Source: Octopus sinensis
Lineage: Eukaryota
Assembly: GCF_006345805.1 (NCBI RefSeq)
Contig: NC_043010.1
Location: 9,548,001 to 9,612,000 of the forward strand
DNA length: 64,000 bases
Direction of reading: 5' to 3'
A model generated the notes under the pieces. That model worked only from the letters and a program-made list of their open reading frames with translations. It did no database searches and was not told where the DNA came from. Positions 13,700 to 26,771 of this stretch are shown piece by piece. Position numbers and translations under genes: made by a program. The stretch's first letter is position 1. Each line of letters begins with the position of its first letter.

Positions 13700-14128
13700 T
13701 ATATACAAAATTTATATCAGGTGGGGTTAACTTTGTATTTAATCTCAAAAGATTTAATAAAATAGCCAGTTTGTTCTGATGTCAGTGCAATTATATGCCA
13801 TCTTCTTCAACAAAATTGTAACCTTATAACTATGTAAAAAAAAATCAATATGTTACAGCTATTCTGTTATTTAACATTCTCCTATGTCAGGTACAGAGAT
13901 TAAATATCTGTTTCAGCAATATATTGTAACAAATTTCAAGTCAGACTATCCTCAATAATTAGTCCTCAGCAGAGCTGAGAGAACCACCATGTGATTGTTA
14001 CAGATGCTGGAAGTAGTTGCTTAATCCCCATCATATCGCAACTTACTTACTGGTCATTAAAAGGAAGTACATGTTCTACAATGAAATTTCAGATAAACAA
14101 AGAACAAAAATAAATAATAATGATGATG

Positions 14129-14547
14129 ATGCGCAGGAGTGGCTGTGTGGTAAGTAGCTTGTTTACCAGCCACATGGTTCCGGGTTCAGTCCCACTGCGT
14201 GGCACCTTGGGCAAGTGTCTTCTGCTATAGCCCCAGGCCGACCAAAGCCTTGTGAGTGGATTTGGTTGACGGAAACTGAAAGAAGCCCGTCGTATATACG
14301 TATATATATATATATGCATGTGTGTGTTTGTGTGTCTGTGTTTGTCCCCCTGGCATTGCTTGACAACCGATGCTGGTGTGTTTATGTCCCCGTAACTTAG
14401 CGGTTCGGCAAAAGTGACCGATAGAATAAGTACTGGGCTTACAATAGAATAAGTCCCGGGGTCGATTTGCTCGATTAAAGGCGGTGCTCCAGCATGGCCG
14501 CAGTCAAATGACTGAAACAAGTAAAAGAATAAAAGAAAGAATAAAGA
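14129..14547 (+). mobile_element. SINE A, full length
   Basis: Family A match; tail (AAAGAAT)n. Confidence 0.85.
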
Positions 14548-14581
14548 ATGATGATGATGATGATAATGGTAGTGGTGGTGG

Positions 14582-14627
<46 letters not shown>

Positions 14628-14649
14628 GGTGGTGGTGGTGGTGACTATA

Positions 14650-14950
14650 AAACATGCTGATGTGAATCAAAAGCACACCCATCAGTGGCTATGAAGCTCA
14701 AGGCTAGAGGTAGGGAATGAAGGCTTTATTTTGGCCGCTCAAGATCAGAGCTTATTGACCTATAACTATCAAGTCAATGTGATGAATAATGGTGTAGACC
14801 CAAAGTGCTGATACTGTAGCGATGGGATTGAAACAGTGGACCACCTAATCTCTGGGTGTAAGGTTTTAGCACCTGTAGAGTAAAAATCAAGACATGACAG
14901 AGTTAGCCAATATTTACATTGAATAATGTGTCAGCATAATATAATCAAAT
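14650..14950 (+). mobile_element. R4/Dong-clade (RLE) non-LTR retrotransposon fragment
   Basis: Translation QWL*SSRLEVGNEGFILAAQDQSLLT..DPKC*YCSDGIETVDHLISGCKVLAPVE*KSRHDRVSQYLH: CCHC knuckle plus RHD motif typical of RLE elements; in-frame stops. Confidence 0.8.
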
Positions 14951-14975
14951 ATTGTTCAGTGATGATTCATTTGCC

Positions 14976-15739
14976 CTGAGAATGGATGAGGATAGCTGTG
15001 TGAAAAAGTGCCACACCCTAGTGGTCAAGAGAACCTGTGAAAGAGGTAGACCCAGGAAGACCTGGGATGAAGTGATGAAGCACGACCTTTGAACATTAGG
15101 TCTCACTGAGGCAATGACTAGTGACCAAGACCTTTGGAAATATGCAGTGTGTGAGAAGACCCGGCAAGCCAAGAGAGACCATAACCCATGGCCTATGCCA
15201 GGGGTGTAACCAGCCCATTTATGCGTACCTTTCCTTTATTGGACACTAAACTGCTTGCAAAACCTGTTGAGGTAAGTGAAATCGAAATTGAATCAAATTT
15301 GATGACTGGCACCCATGCCAGTGGACTGCTAAGAGCATGATCATTGCCAGAGCAGCTGACTGGTTTCCATGCCAGTGACATGTAAAAATGCCAGTGGCAC
15401 GTAAAAATGCCAGTGGCACATAAAAATTCCAGTGGCACATGAAAAATCATTCGAGCGAGGTCTTTGCCAGTGCTCCTGGACTGGCTCTTGTGCAGGTGAC
15501 ATGTAAAAAGCGCCATTTGAGAGTGGCCATTGCCAGTGCCGCCTGACTGGCCCTCATGCCGGTGGCACATAAAAGCACCCACTACACTCTCGGAGTGTTT
15601 GGCATTAGGAAGAGCATCCAGCTGCACAAACTCTGCCACATCAGATTGGAGTCTGGTGCAGCCATCTGGTTCGCCAGTCCACAGTCAAATCATCCAACCC
15701 ATGGTAGCATGGAACGCAGAGGTTAAATGATAATGATGA
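14976..15739 (+). mobile_element. RTE-clade LINE 3' portion
   Basis: RMDEDSCVKKCHTLVVKRTCERGRPRKTWDEVMKHDL*TLGLTEAMTSDQDLWKYAV (GRPRKTW motif), then the repeat-bearing UTR and (GAT)n tail. Confidence 0.85.
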
Positions 15740-16093
15740 CTGTACTATCTTCCTTTTCACCTCAGCACTAGTCTCTGAAAAATATTAGCTATGTACATCA
15801 TTACCAACAACAGTGGAAGTATCAGTAATGATTGAAGGTGGATATGGCTGTGTGGTTAAGAAGCTAACTATGCAGTTAGATGATTTCAGTTTGAATATCA
15901 CTACACAGAATTTGGGACAAGTGACTTTTACATTATCATGTTGACCATGGTCTGACGAATATAATTTAGTGGATGGAAGCTGTGCAGAAATCCAAAATAG
16001 AAATCATTCCTGTCCTTGGGGTATAGACTCAAGGTTAACCAAAAGTTAAATCATATTATCATCAGTTAATCTAGGTGGATTATATTTCTCACT

Positions 16094-16327
16094 ACAGGCG
16101 GCGAGCTGGCAGAAACATTAGCACGCCGGGCGAAATGCGTAGCCGTATTTCGTCTGCCGCTACATTCTGAGTTCAAATTCTGCCGAGGTCGATTTTGTTT
16201 TTCATCCTTTCAGGGTCGATAAATTAAGTACCAGTTACGCACTGGAGTCGATAGAATCGACTTAATCCGTTTGTCTGTCCTTGTTTGTCCTCTCGATATT
16301 TAGCCCCTTGTGGGTAGTAAAGACATA
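16094..16327 (+). mobile_element. SINE B, full length with TSD
   Basis: Direct repeat tatatttctcact on both sides. Confidence 0.85.
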
Positions 16328-16711
16328 TATATTTCTCACTTCTACTTCATTTGAATCAGTATCTAACCATTTGTCAGCAGATGGACCATTCTTGTGAACA
16401 ATATTATATAAATATCTATCTATTTACTTACCAACTTAACTACTTACCTATCTACAATAAACTTGAATCTACTTTCTGTATAGAGACCCTCATTAGTATA
16501 TGGTCTGATTTGTTTGTAACCTTGCCTTAAAAATAATAACCTCAATTTAGCCTTTACATATTGCATACAGATCTGAACAACAACAGCAGTTATAATAGTT
16601 TCTGAAAAGGCAGGCTTAATAGCAGTAGTAATGGTTTCCTACATAGACTGAAAACATGTAAGAGTCGGGTAATAATATTAACACACACCTCACTGTTTTC
16701 ACTTCATATTT

Positions 16712-17222
16712 ACTGGCCTCGTGTCAGTGGCACATAAAAAGCACCATCCGTTCGTGTCCGTTGCCAGCCTCACCTGGCCCCCATGCCGGTGGCACATAAA
16801 AGGCACCATCTGATCGTGGCCGTTTGCCAGCCTCGCCTGGCCCCCGTGCCAGTGGCACATAAAAAGCACCATCCGATTGTGGCTGTTTGCCAGCCTCGCC
16901 TGGCCCCCGTGCCAGTGGCACATAAAAAGCACCATCCGATTGTGGCTGTTTGCCAGCCTCGCCTGGCCCCCGTGCCAGTGGCACATAAAAAGCACCATCC
17001 GATCGTGGCCATTTGCCAGACTCCTCTGGCACCTGGGCCGGTGGCACGTAAAAAGTACCCACTACACTCATGGAGTGGTTGGCGTTAGGAAGGGCATCCA
17101 GCCATAGAAACATTGCCAGATCAGACTGGGCCTGGTGCAGCCTTCTGGCTTCCCAGACCCCAGTTGAACCGTCCAACCCATGCTAGCATGGAAAGCGGAC
17201 GCTAAACGATGATGATGATGAT
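16712..17222 (+). mobile_element. RTE 3' UTR with an expanded 63-bp tandem array
   Basis: gtggcac(a/g)taaaa recurs at 16727, 16789, 16852, 16915, 16978 and 17041; standard tail follows. Confidence 0.8.
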
Positions 17223-18717
17223 CATGATTTACTATTTACTTTGTGACCTCAAGATGGATTTGAAGCACAATCAACCCCTGGTAGCATTTGAAATCAGAAT
17301 GTAGAGGCACTTATTTTAGTGATATTACTTACACTCTACCATCTTTGTATTGGTCTGCAACAATATTTACACTTAAAGAAATACCAATACCAATATAGAT
17401 AGTAAATCTTTATGATTCTAGATTGCTTTTATCATTTGAAGAATTATTTTGAGCTGTTCTTTACCATTATATACTTAAAAGTACTCTCTTCTTCACTCTC
17501 TGTATGTATAACGATGTATGTGCATGTGTGTATCCATATATATATATATGAGCACACAATATACACTCATACACACACACACATATATATAAATACATAT
17601 ACATATACTCATTTACATACAAATACACATATTTATATATTTAGGAAAATATCAATGACTTTAACCTTTTCAGTGGGTTTATTGCGAAAATCTTGATTTA
17701 TCTTTATTGAGGTTTTCCCTAAGAGCATGCTAAAAATGTAACAAACACCTCTACTATGAAAGGTCTAGTTCTTGGAACTAGGATATTTCAATATCCCTCT
17801 CTTATTTTCAAAATATTAGCTGAAAAGGTTAATTTCTAGTCGACGGCTTTACCAATATTGATAATACATTTATTTTTTTTTCTCTGCATTTCTCATACTT
17901 TACACACTCATGCTGTCATTAATAGGATAAGACATTATTGCAAGCTTATCATAAACTATTTTTGTTCATCCCAATACTTGAAATAAACTCATCATGATGG
18001 AACTGTTATCAGGAAGATTCCGTACTATCAGCAGGATTCTGTGTTGCAACGAAATGAATTTGGATTCTTTCCACCTCTATTGCCTCAAACAAGCTGCAAG
18101 TTATTACAGAACTCACACCATTACTTGAATATAGAAGCACTCTTAACTTGCCATTCCTGAATCAAAGCTAATTACATTTATGGTCACAGCAGTATAACCA
18201 GACTGCTTAGGTCAGTGTATATTAACAAGAATTTTTCTCCATGAATATTGCTAAACAGATTCTAAAGTAAAATCTCTTCCAGGTTTGGCTCTGAAGATAA
18301 AATATCTCAGCATTAAAATCTACCTATTGATGTGCTTGAGAAATGATTTTAATTAAATTAAATAAGAAACCTTATACGAATGAATATCCACGGAGTACTA
18401 GAAGGGGAAAATGGCATTAGTTTAAAATAGGATATTGTTCTTAGAAGTGAACAGATGGAAGAAGGGAAGATGATGTCAAACAGACCCTTAGCTATATAAA
18501 ATTTATATTTCTTGCTATAGTGCTTGCTTTTAGATGCACAGTGTGACAATTTTACCTCAGCTCTTACGCATATATATATTCTAGTATTCTTTATTCTTAT
18601 ACGCATATATATTCTAGTATTCTTTATTCTTACCTTTCTTACTCTTTTTCTTTTTTTCTTCTTTATTTTAAGGTTAATCAAAATTACAATTTGTATTTTC
18701 ACTGCTTGTATTTTGAA

Positions 18718-18885
18718 CGAGAGAGAGAAAGGAAGAGAGAGAGAGAGAGAGAGAGGTAGAAAGACAGAGACAGAGAAACAGACAGATGGCTGACAAACAG
18801 ACAGAAAGAGAGAGTAGTAGAGAGAGACAGAGAGACAGAGAGAGATAAAGACAGAGAGACAGACAGGCAGATAGATAGATAGATC

Positions 18886-18933
<48 letters not shown>

Positions 18934-18975
18934 TAGATAGATAGATAGATAGGTAGATAGATAGATAGATAGATC

Positions 18976-19047
<72 letters not shown>

Positions 19048-19090
19048 GATAGATAGAGAGAAAGATAGACAGATAGACAGACAGACAGAT
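18718..19090. repeat. (GA)n/(GACA)n/(GATA)n microsatellite
   Basis: Directly visible. Confidence 0.95.
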
Positions 19091-19552
19091 ATGTAGAAAT
19101 ATAATTATTTTCATATATTTCCCAGGCGAGACATTGCTACAAACTAAAGGTTGAAACAGCCTATTAACCTTAGATTCTGTGTTGTTTGTACTATACAATA
19201 ACATGAAAACTAAAATTTATTAGTCCAGTTAACATTTGCTATTAAATTATACATAAACATAAGGCACAAAGAGATTGAACATAATTAACCGGCAAGCCAG
19301 AGAACTGAACTGGAATCTATTCAACTGCAAACCAATTAAATATGAAACACAGTTGTTTGTTGTTTGGTTTTGTTGTTTCAGTTCACCTAATGTAAACCAA
19401 AACAGTATCTTAATTCTTCATCATAACTTTGAACAAATTATTTAATATTAAGCTATTCAATTTCAAGCGACTCACTTCTCTTACCCAGACAATAGCATGA
19501 ATGGTATATGTTTGTATGTTTATAGTTAATGTGCTCATCGAGTAATTAACAT

Positions 19553-19956
19553 GCAAACAGGAGTGGCTGTGTGGTAAGTAGCTTGCTAACCAGCCACATG
19601 GTTCCGGGTTCAGTCCCACTGTGTGGCATCTTGGGCAAGTGTCTTCTGCTATAGCCCCGGGCCGACCAATGCCTTTTGAGTGGATTTGGTAGACGGAAAC
19701 TGAAAGAAGCCCGTCGTATATATATATGTATGTGTGTGCGTTTGTTTGTGTGTCTGTGTTTGTCCCCCCAACATCGCTTGACAACTGATGCTGGTGTGTT
19801 CGTGTCCCCGTTAATTAGCGGTTCGGCAAAAGAGACCAATAGAATAAGTACTGGGCTTACAAAGTATAAGTCCCGGGGTCGATTTGCTCGACTAAAGGCA
19901 GTGCTCCAGCATGGCCGCAGTCAAATTACTGAAACGAGTAAAAGAGTAAAAGAGTA
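19553..19956 (+). mobile_element. SINE A, full length
   Basis: Family A match. Confidence 0.85.
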
Positions 19957-20044
19957 ATACCTGAGTAAAAGTCAATATTATCCATCACAAACTCAGCTGA
20001 GAAGAAAAGCTTTGATTATCAGAAAACTTCAAGTGTTGAAACTG

Positions 20045-20429
20045 TTTACTCTTTTACTTGTTTCAGTCATTTGACTGTGGCCATGCTGGAGCACCGCCTT
20101 TAGTCGAGCAAATCGACCCCGGGACTTATTCTTTGTAAGCCCAGTACTTATTCTATCGGTCTCCTTTGCCGAACCGCTAAGTGACGGGGACGTAAACACA
20201 CCAGCATCGGTTGTCAAGCAATGCTAGGGGGACAAACACAGACACACTTATATATATATACATATATACGACAGGCTTTTTTCAGTTTCCGTCTACCAAA
20301 TCCACTCACAAGATGGTTGACCCGGGGCTATAGCAGAAGACACTTGCCCAAGATGCCACGCAGTGGGACTGAACCCGGAACCATGTGGTTGGTTAGCAAG
20401 CTACTTACCACACACCCTCTCCTGCGCCT
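20045..20429 (-). mobile_element. SINE A, full length
   Basis: Family A match. Confidence 0.85.
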
Positions 20430-20547
20430 GTTTGTGAAAGTTTAATAAATTATTTCTGTCATGGTAGCATTAGTAAAACGAAGGGCCTTTGCAAGGCTGT
20501 AAAATGCCACAGTCAAGGTTCAACAGGAGCCTGTTTTTGTGCTAATA

Positions 20548-20770
20548 TTTAGTATTTAAACCATCCTGTATCAGGCCCAAATAGTCTACCTGCTTTATGT
20601 TTAAACTGACCAGATCAAACCTCTTACACCTACCCTACAATGTCCTTCTAAAAATATACTGTCACATCATCTAAATCTCAAAGCTCCAAGATAATGCTTC
20701 ATTAATTTAAAACAATGTAAATATGCAAGAATGACATTTGACTTAGTAACGGAAATGTTAAATGCTAAGG
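20548..20770 (-). mobile_element. piggyBac-like (TTAA) MITE, degraded
   Basis: Reverse-complement match to the MITE at 28694-29333 and 48726-49434. Confidence 0.65.
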
Positions 20771-20859
20771 CAAAACACAATAAGTTATTTCTCAGTTTAT
20801 TAGGAAGGATCACAATCCATTATAGACGTATATGCTTAATACTTATTTTATCAACCCTA

Positions 20860-21165
20860 TAGCATGGGATCAAGATGTGGAGATATTCAAAAGCCACCCT
20901 GAAGAAGATCTAGAATCTCAACAACCACTGCCTCAAGAATTAATCAGAATCCACTGAAGGCTAAAAAAGAAAAGCAGCAACATAACCTGGTGGAAGCAAA
21001 TCTAGTAGACTCTCGTTGGCATGGAGACAAAATCAAAAGAACTGGTTTTGGATTGGACACCCTCAAAAAGTCCCAGCACAGCATCACCAAACAATCCTTC
21101 AGAGAGAACCCTCAGAACAAGGGGAAGAGAGAGAAAGCCAAAGTGTCCCTGGTGTCATAACCTAA
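20860..21165 (+). mobile_element. Old RTE-LINE ORF fragment
   Basis: Degenerate peptides KATLKKI..LNNHCLK..IRIH, then WIG..TLKKSQHSITKQSFRENPQNKGKR across frameshifts (cf. RTE WIGHTLRK..ITRQALTWNPQGKRKRGRP). Confidence 0.6.
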
Positions 21166-21234
21166 AGAATGAAATAAGATCTGGATAGAGCTGAGGGTAA
21201 TATTTTCAAATCACCAGAAAAATATTTATAAAAA

Positions 21235-21485
21235 TAGTGCCACTTAAAAAGCATCCATGCTGGTCCTGTGTTAGCGTATCCATGCCGGTGCTGCATAACT
21301 GCACCCATGCTGGTGGCATGCAAAAAGCACCCAGAACACTGTATTAAGTGGGTGGTTTTAGGAAGGGCATCCAACTATAGAAACCATACCACAACAGACA
21401 ACTGGAGTCTGGGCAGCTCCCTGCTAGCCAGCTCCATGTCAAACCGTCCAACCCATGCCAGCATGGAAAGCAGCCGTTAAATGAT
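21235..21485 (+). mobile_element. Diverged RTE 3' UTR
   Basis: ggaagggcatcca...acccatgccagcatggaaagc..gttaaatgatg. Confidence 0.65.
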
Positions 21486-21509
21486 GCTGCTGCTGCTGCT
21501 GTTGCTGTT

Positions 21510-21878
21510 GAGCAAACGGTCTTCGTCCCAGAGATCGCAAGATGGGAGAAGTCCGAAATGTTGTCCTTTTGCTATTCGTAAGACCCGCAGAAGAGAAAGC
21601 AGGTCAACCCCCGACACCGAGAGCATCGACGGATGGATGAATGCACTTCCAGGCTCAGCGGTTGCATAGGAAGTCGGGGACAAGAAACAGGAAGGAAGAG
21701 TGAGAGAAAGTTGGGGCGAAAGAGTACAATAGGGGTCGCCACCACCCCCTGCCAGAGCCTCGTGGAGCTTTAGGTGTTTTTGCTCAATAAACACACACAA
21801 CGCCCGGTCTGGGAATCAAAACCGCGATCCTCCAACCGTGTGTCCGCTGCCCTAACCACTGGGTCATTGCACCTCCAC
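21510..21878 (-). mobile_element. tRNA-derived SINE, family E
   Basis: Minus-strand head gtggaggtgcaatgacccagtggttagggcagcgg..ggtttgattcccagacc; near-identical to 53668-54048. Confidence 0.8.
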
Positions 21879-22591
21879 TGCTGCTGCTGCTGATGATGAT
21901 GATGATGACGATGATGATATTTATATTTCTAGTGCTTACTTTAATTGGATTTTCACATTAAACATTATATTTTTCTGTATGTTTTAGACAATGCTTAATG
22001 CAATGTGATATTGAAAATATAGAGGTTTCCTGTTTCTTGGAGAAGACTATCAATATATCTTTGCAGTTTTTGCATAATTGAGTTTCTAGCCAACATGCCA
22101 TCAATGCATTGCAAAGTTGTATGACAGAGCATTTTCAAGGTTTCAGATGACGGATTCCCTTTAAAATTAATTGAAAACTGTTGTAAGATTGACTGGTCAA
22201 AGATCTCCACTCACAACTCTTTTATATATCAACTGCTGTTAGTTCTATTAATTACTATTAATTACTATGAGAACGTTGACCAGGTTTTCTCTTGCATTAC
22301 AAAATGGTTGAGCTTGCTTACTTAGATGATGTCATTGTCATGGTAACAATGTTATCAGAACCCAAGGTGTTATTTGCGAAAAGATAGATTAAAAATATAA
22401 AGTAAAATAGAAAGTTTATTACAAATATCTAGAGAAGAAAGGAAATACGTTTGAATATTTTCCAATGAACACTTAGAACTATTTGGTTGCTAAGGTTTAC
22501 TTAAAACCTGATCTCCCAGTTCAGTCACATTTAAAATTCTAATCCATGAATGGGCTTCATTCTGGCTTCATGCTGAGGTGTAAACCCCATC

Positions 22592-23001
22592 CTCTTTCTC
22601 TGTTTTACTTGTTTCAGTCATTTGACTGTGGCCATGTTGGGGCACCGCCTTTAATCGAGCAACTCGACCCTGGGACTTATTCTTTGTAAGCCCAGTACTT
22701 ATTCTATCGGTCTCTTTTGCCAAACCGCTAAGTGACGGGGACATAAACACACCAGCATCGGTTGTCAAGCAATGCTAGGGGGACAAACACAGACACACAA
22801 ACACACACACATACACACATATATATATACATATATACGACGGGCTTCTTTCTGTTTCCGTCTACCAAATCTACTCACAAGGTTTTGGTCGGCCCGAGGC
22901 TATAGCAGAAGACACTTGCCCAAGGTGCCACACAGTGGGACTGAACCCAGAACCATGTGGCTGGTAAACAAGCTACTTACCACACAGCCACCCCTGTGCC
23001 T
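22592..23001 (-). mobile_element. SINE A, full length
   Basis: Family A match. Confidence 0.85.
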
Positions 23002-23439
23002 ATGCGTCTATCAAACTACAATACTGCTTTTATTTGTGCCTTTCAAAGAAAGAAAGATAGACAGCAAGAAAGCAACAAAAAAAAGAAAGAAAGAAAGAAA
23101 GAAACTTTGGCTAGAATAGACTAGTATTCCAGTTTGCATAGAAGAATAGGCTATGTTGTTAGAAATTCTTATGAGCAGTTGATGACATTTTCTGAGGTGA
23201 TCACAAAAGGCCAAGTGTAAAATATGCAAGTACACTGTGAGGCAGAGGTATCTGCAGAGATCCCTGGAGGGTGAGCAAGTCATTTGTAAAGAACAACAAG
23301 GGTTACTAACACCTTGAGTGTAAAGAGACATTTATGCTACTTGAAAAATATGTGGCCACACCATCTGCAAGAAAAAAACAACCTAATCTCCCAGAAATTT
23401 CACCTGTGAGATTTTTTAAAAAAGAAACAGAAAAATTGG

Positions 23440-23825
23440 TCTAAAATTTTGCAAACTAAGTCAGCAATTTTAGAGGAGTAAGTTGATTACATTGACCCCA
23501 GTGTTCAGCTGGTACTTATTTTGTCAACCCCAAGAGCATGAAAGCTAAAGTCAACTTTGGCACAATTTGAACTCGGAATGAAACACCACCAAGCATTTTG
23601 TCCTGTGTGCTAACAATTCTGCCAGCTCACTGCATTAGAAATACAGAAATGTTGGTGTCAAAGTTTGGCACAAGGCCAGAAAATTTAGGGGAGGAATAAG
23701 TTAATTACAGTGTCCCCCAATGCTCAACTAGTACTTACTTTATCCACTCCAAAAGAATGAAAGGTAAAGTCAACCTTGGCAGAATTTGATCTGCAAGTGG
23801 AAAGATTCATGAAATGCTGCAAACA
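23440..23825 (-). mobile_element. Two adjacent diverged SINE B-variant copies
   Basis: Central domain occurs twice (about 23495-23575 and 23715-23790). Confidence 0.65.
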
Positions 23826-24084
23826 ATTCTACCAAAAAACACAGAAATAATAATTTGATAGAGTAATCCCAGATATGCAATATTCCACCATAAAAAACGT
23901 TGGGATGGTCATAGCTGAAATGCTTTTCAATAATAGGTCTGTTCAGTCAGGGATGAAATCAAGCTAAAACAGCAAAAACAGGAACTGGGGAAATATAAGC
24001 AGATGATATCACTGTAATATGTTTTACTAAAGAGAATGGAAGGTTTTCAATGGAGTGCATAAGGGGTAGTACCTTTCTAAACCT

Positions 24085-24317
24085 ATTTCTTTACTACCCA
24101 CAAGGGGCTAAACACAGAGGGGACAAACAAGGACAGACAAACAGATTAAGTCAATTATATCGACCCCAGTGCGTAACTGGTACCTATTTAATCGACCCCG
24201 AAAGGATGAAAGGCAAAGTCGACCTCGGCAGAATTTGAACTCAGAACGTAGCGAAAGACGAAATACTTCTAAGCATTTTGCCCGGCATGCTAACGTTTGT
24301 ACCAGCTCGCCACCTTT
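24085..24317 (-). mobile_element. SINE B, full length
   Basis: Family B match; short flanking repeat taaacct. Confidence 0.8.
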
Positions 24318-24613
24318 ATAAACCTGTTAACCATTCTTCTTCAGATGTGGACCAGAGCACTGGTCTCTAACTATGACACAGCTCTCAGTTATGGCTCCCA
24401 GAAGTTGGTAGTGAACACTGATGGGCACCCAACAAAACTTCCTTTTGGCTAGTGATTAAAACTAAGTAGGAAGTATTAGCAATCCCAGAAGTATTGCTGA
24501 ACAAGGGACAGCGCCCCTTATGTGCACAAAGACTGAAATGGCTGATGTGGGGGAATCCATTTGTGGTCAATGACTAAGAAGATATGAAAGCAAGCTCTGT
24601 GGTGTATCTAGAG

Positions 24614-24832
24614 CAGTGGTTTTCAACCAGGGTTCCGCAGAACCTTAGGGATCCGCCAGTACAGTCTAGGGGTTCCGCAAGAAGTTACAAAACTGCTAAA
24701 ATCGGCAGTAATTTTTTATTCTCCTGTGCAGATATGTGTGCATAAGACTATTAAATTATTGCACAGGGGTTCCTTGAACGAGTGGAATGTTTCCTTGGGG
24801 TTCCGCTTCGGCAAAAAGTTTGAAAAGCACTG
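24614..24832. mobile_element. hAT-Charlie-type MITE
   Basis: TIR cagtggttttcaa / ttgaaaagcactg; perfect 8-bp TSD ATCTAGAG (24606-24613 and 24833-24840), matching the Charlie NTCTAGAN target preference. Confidence 0.9.
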
Positions 24833-25806
24833 ATCTAGAGTTACACTCTTGACAGTATACAGACTTGAGACCCACCGTGAAGGGAGGAATTGGGACCCCA
24901 CCATGTACGTAATTATACCCATAGTAAATTATGGATCTTAGACTACATGAATGGAGAGCTTTGATATTCAACTTGCTGAGAGCAGATGACACCTAAGAAT
25001 AGAAAAAGAGAATGAGAAATGGTTTCTTAAGAGATGGAAAAAAAAAAAAAAAAATTCTGAGATTCTTCTGTCGACATTTAGGAACAAGATTTTGAACAAT
25101 TTTGAGGTATTTTTGGCTTAACAGTGTAGCCAGAACAATCTTTACAAGAGCTGAAAAAGTTCATGTGTACTGCTCCTGCTCTTCTGATTAAACCACTAAA
25201 ATATGAAAGTAGAAAAGAAAGAACACACATGAGGTCAGTAGTTCATATTCTACTTCTTGTTATAAAGTGGTTGTTGTCACCTGGACCTATAACTTTACTT
25301 CAAATATTAAAAAGTCATACAAATTTTTAGGCTATTCATATACATACAACTTCATCTTAACTTAAACTTTGTTTCATAGTGTAAAACATTAAATTTGAAA
25401 AGAAATTAAAACTAGATTGTATCATGGTGCTGTAAGGGCATAATTATACAAAAAGAATCTCAATTTTTCAAATATATGTTGCATTCACCTACTTCATGCT
25501 GATAATTTGGCATGGCTGACTGGACAATAAACCTGTTTCAATAACAGTAGTTTTTGGCACTGGAGGCAAACACACAAACACACACACACATGAATATCCA
25601 TCAGACAAGGACCATCTTGTCATCCTTGAGAATGACAATTGACTTGTGTGGTGACTTTGTTTAAAAGAAGAGTCACAAATCGTCTACCTCATTCACTTAT
25701 CTGTGACCATCTTCAATTCAGTAGCAAGACCAGATCAAGATGAGTGGAGATGGAAATGGATACAGTAGCACCCAAATCCTTGTGAATGGGTTTGGTAGAT
25801 AGAAAA

Positions 25807-25844
<38 letters not shown>

Positions 25845-25880
25845 CCTGTGTCAAACCACCCAACCTATACCAGAAAATGA

Positions 25881-25920
<40 letters not shown>

Positions 25921-26460
25921 GCAGAAAACTGCACCATGCTTCGCTGTCTATTTTGGCAGAGATTTTATGGCTGGAACCCCTTCCTAAGACCAACTACTTT
26001 ACAGAGTGGACTACCTCCTTACATATATATATATATATATATAGACATACATATACATACATACATACATACATATATATATATAATGGACTCTCCTGTT
26101 GCTAGATGACATATGAGAGTTCAACAATTTCTTGCCAAACAACCACACAGATTATTGGTTTATAGTGATCAAACGTTTGTGTAGACATAAGCACCCTCTC
26201 TCCCTCAGATCGACATTACCTGTACAGGTACAATTGGTGACACATGTCAGATGTCGAAATGATTGCAGAGCAATGTGAAATGAAATGCTTAGCCCAAGAA
26301 CACAACACAGTGGCCAGTCTGGGAATCAAACCCATGGTTATGCAATCACTTAACCACTAAGCCATGCACTTTCACTATATATGTATCATCATCATCATCA
26401 TCGTTTAGTGTCCGCTTTCCATGCTAGCATGGGTTGGACGGTTCAACTGGGGCCTGGGAA

Positions 26461-26503
<43 letters not shown>

Positions 26504-26504
26504 G

Positions 26505-26534
<30 letters not shown>

Positions 26535-26540
<6 letters not shown>

Positions 26541-26719
26541 TATTAAATTAGAGATAAAACCACTATTAGGCAAATCATACAATGAAAAACTTAAGCCAAT
26601 ACATAAGATTAATTAATTTATATTATTTTAAATATATATCAAAATTATTAAAAAAAGATAATTAGTATAACACTACGATCGTTTCATGGCTGTCCAATTC
26701 GTAAAAATTCGAGTTACAG

Positions 26720-26723
<4 letters not shown>
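26535..26723 (-). mobile_element. (TA)n-embedded element with a 5'-truncated hammerhead ribozyme
   Basis: Minus strand ATGACTGT..ACAGCCAT GAAA CGATCG TA gtgttata: stem II, GAAA, palindromic stem III, GUA site; the CUGANGA box is replaced by (TA)n. Confidence 0.55.

Positions 26724-26771
<48 letters not shown>

Noticed and set aside
16712-17060. CRISPR-like array of palindromic repeats
   Set aside because: The intervening sequences are near-identical rather than unique spacers, there are no cas genes, and the array lies in a LINE 3' UTR in eukaryotic DNA.
21995-22210. Possible host exons in unique stretches (also 9700-11150, 28286-28696, 31784-32029)
   Set aside because: No recognisable protein similarity or convincing splice-bounded frame; small exons cannot be excluded without RNA-seq.
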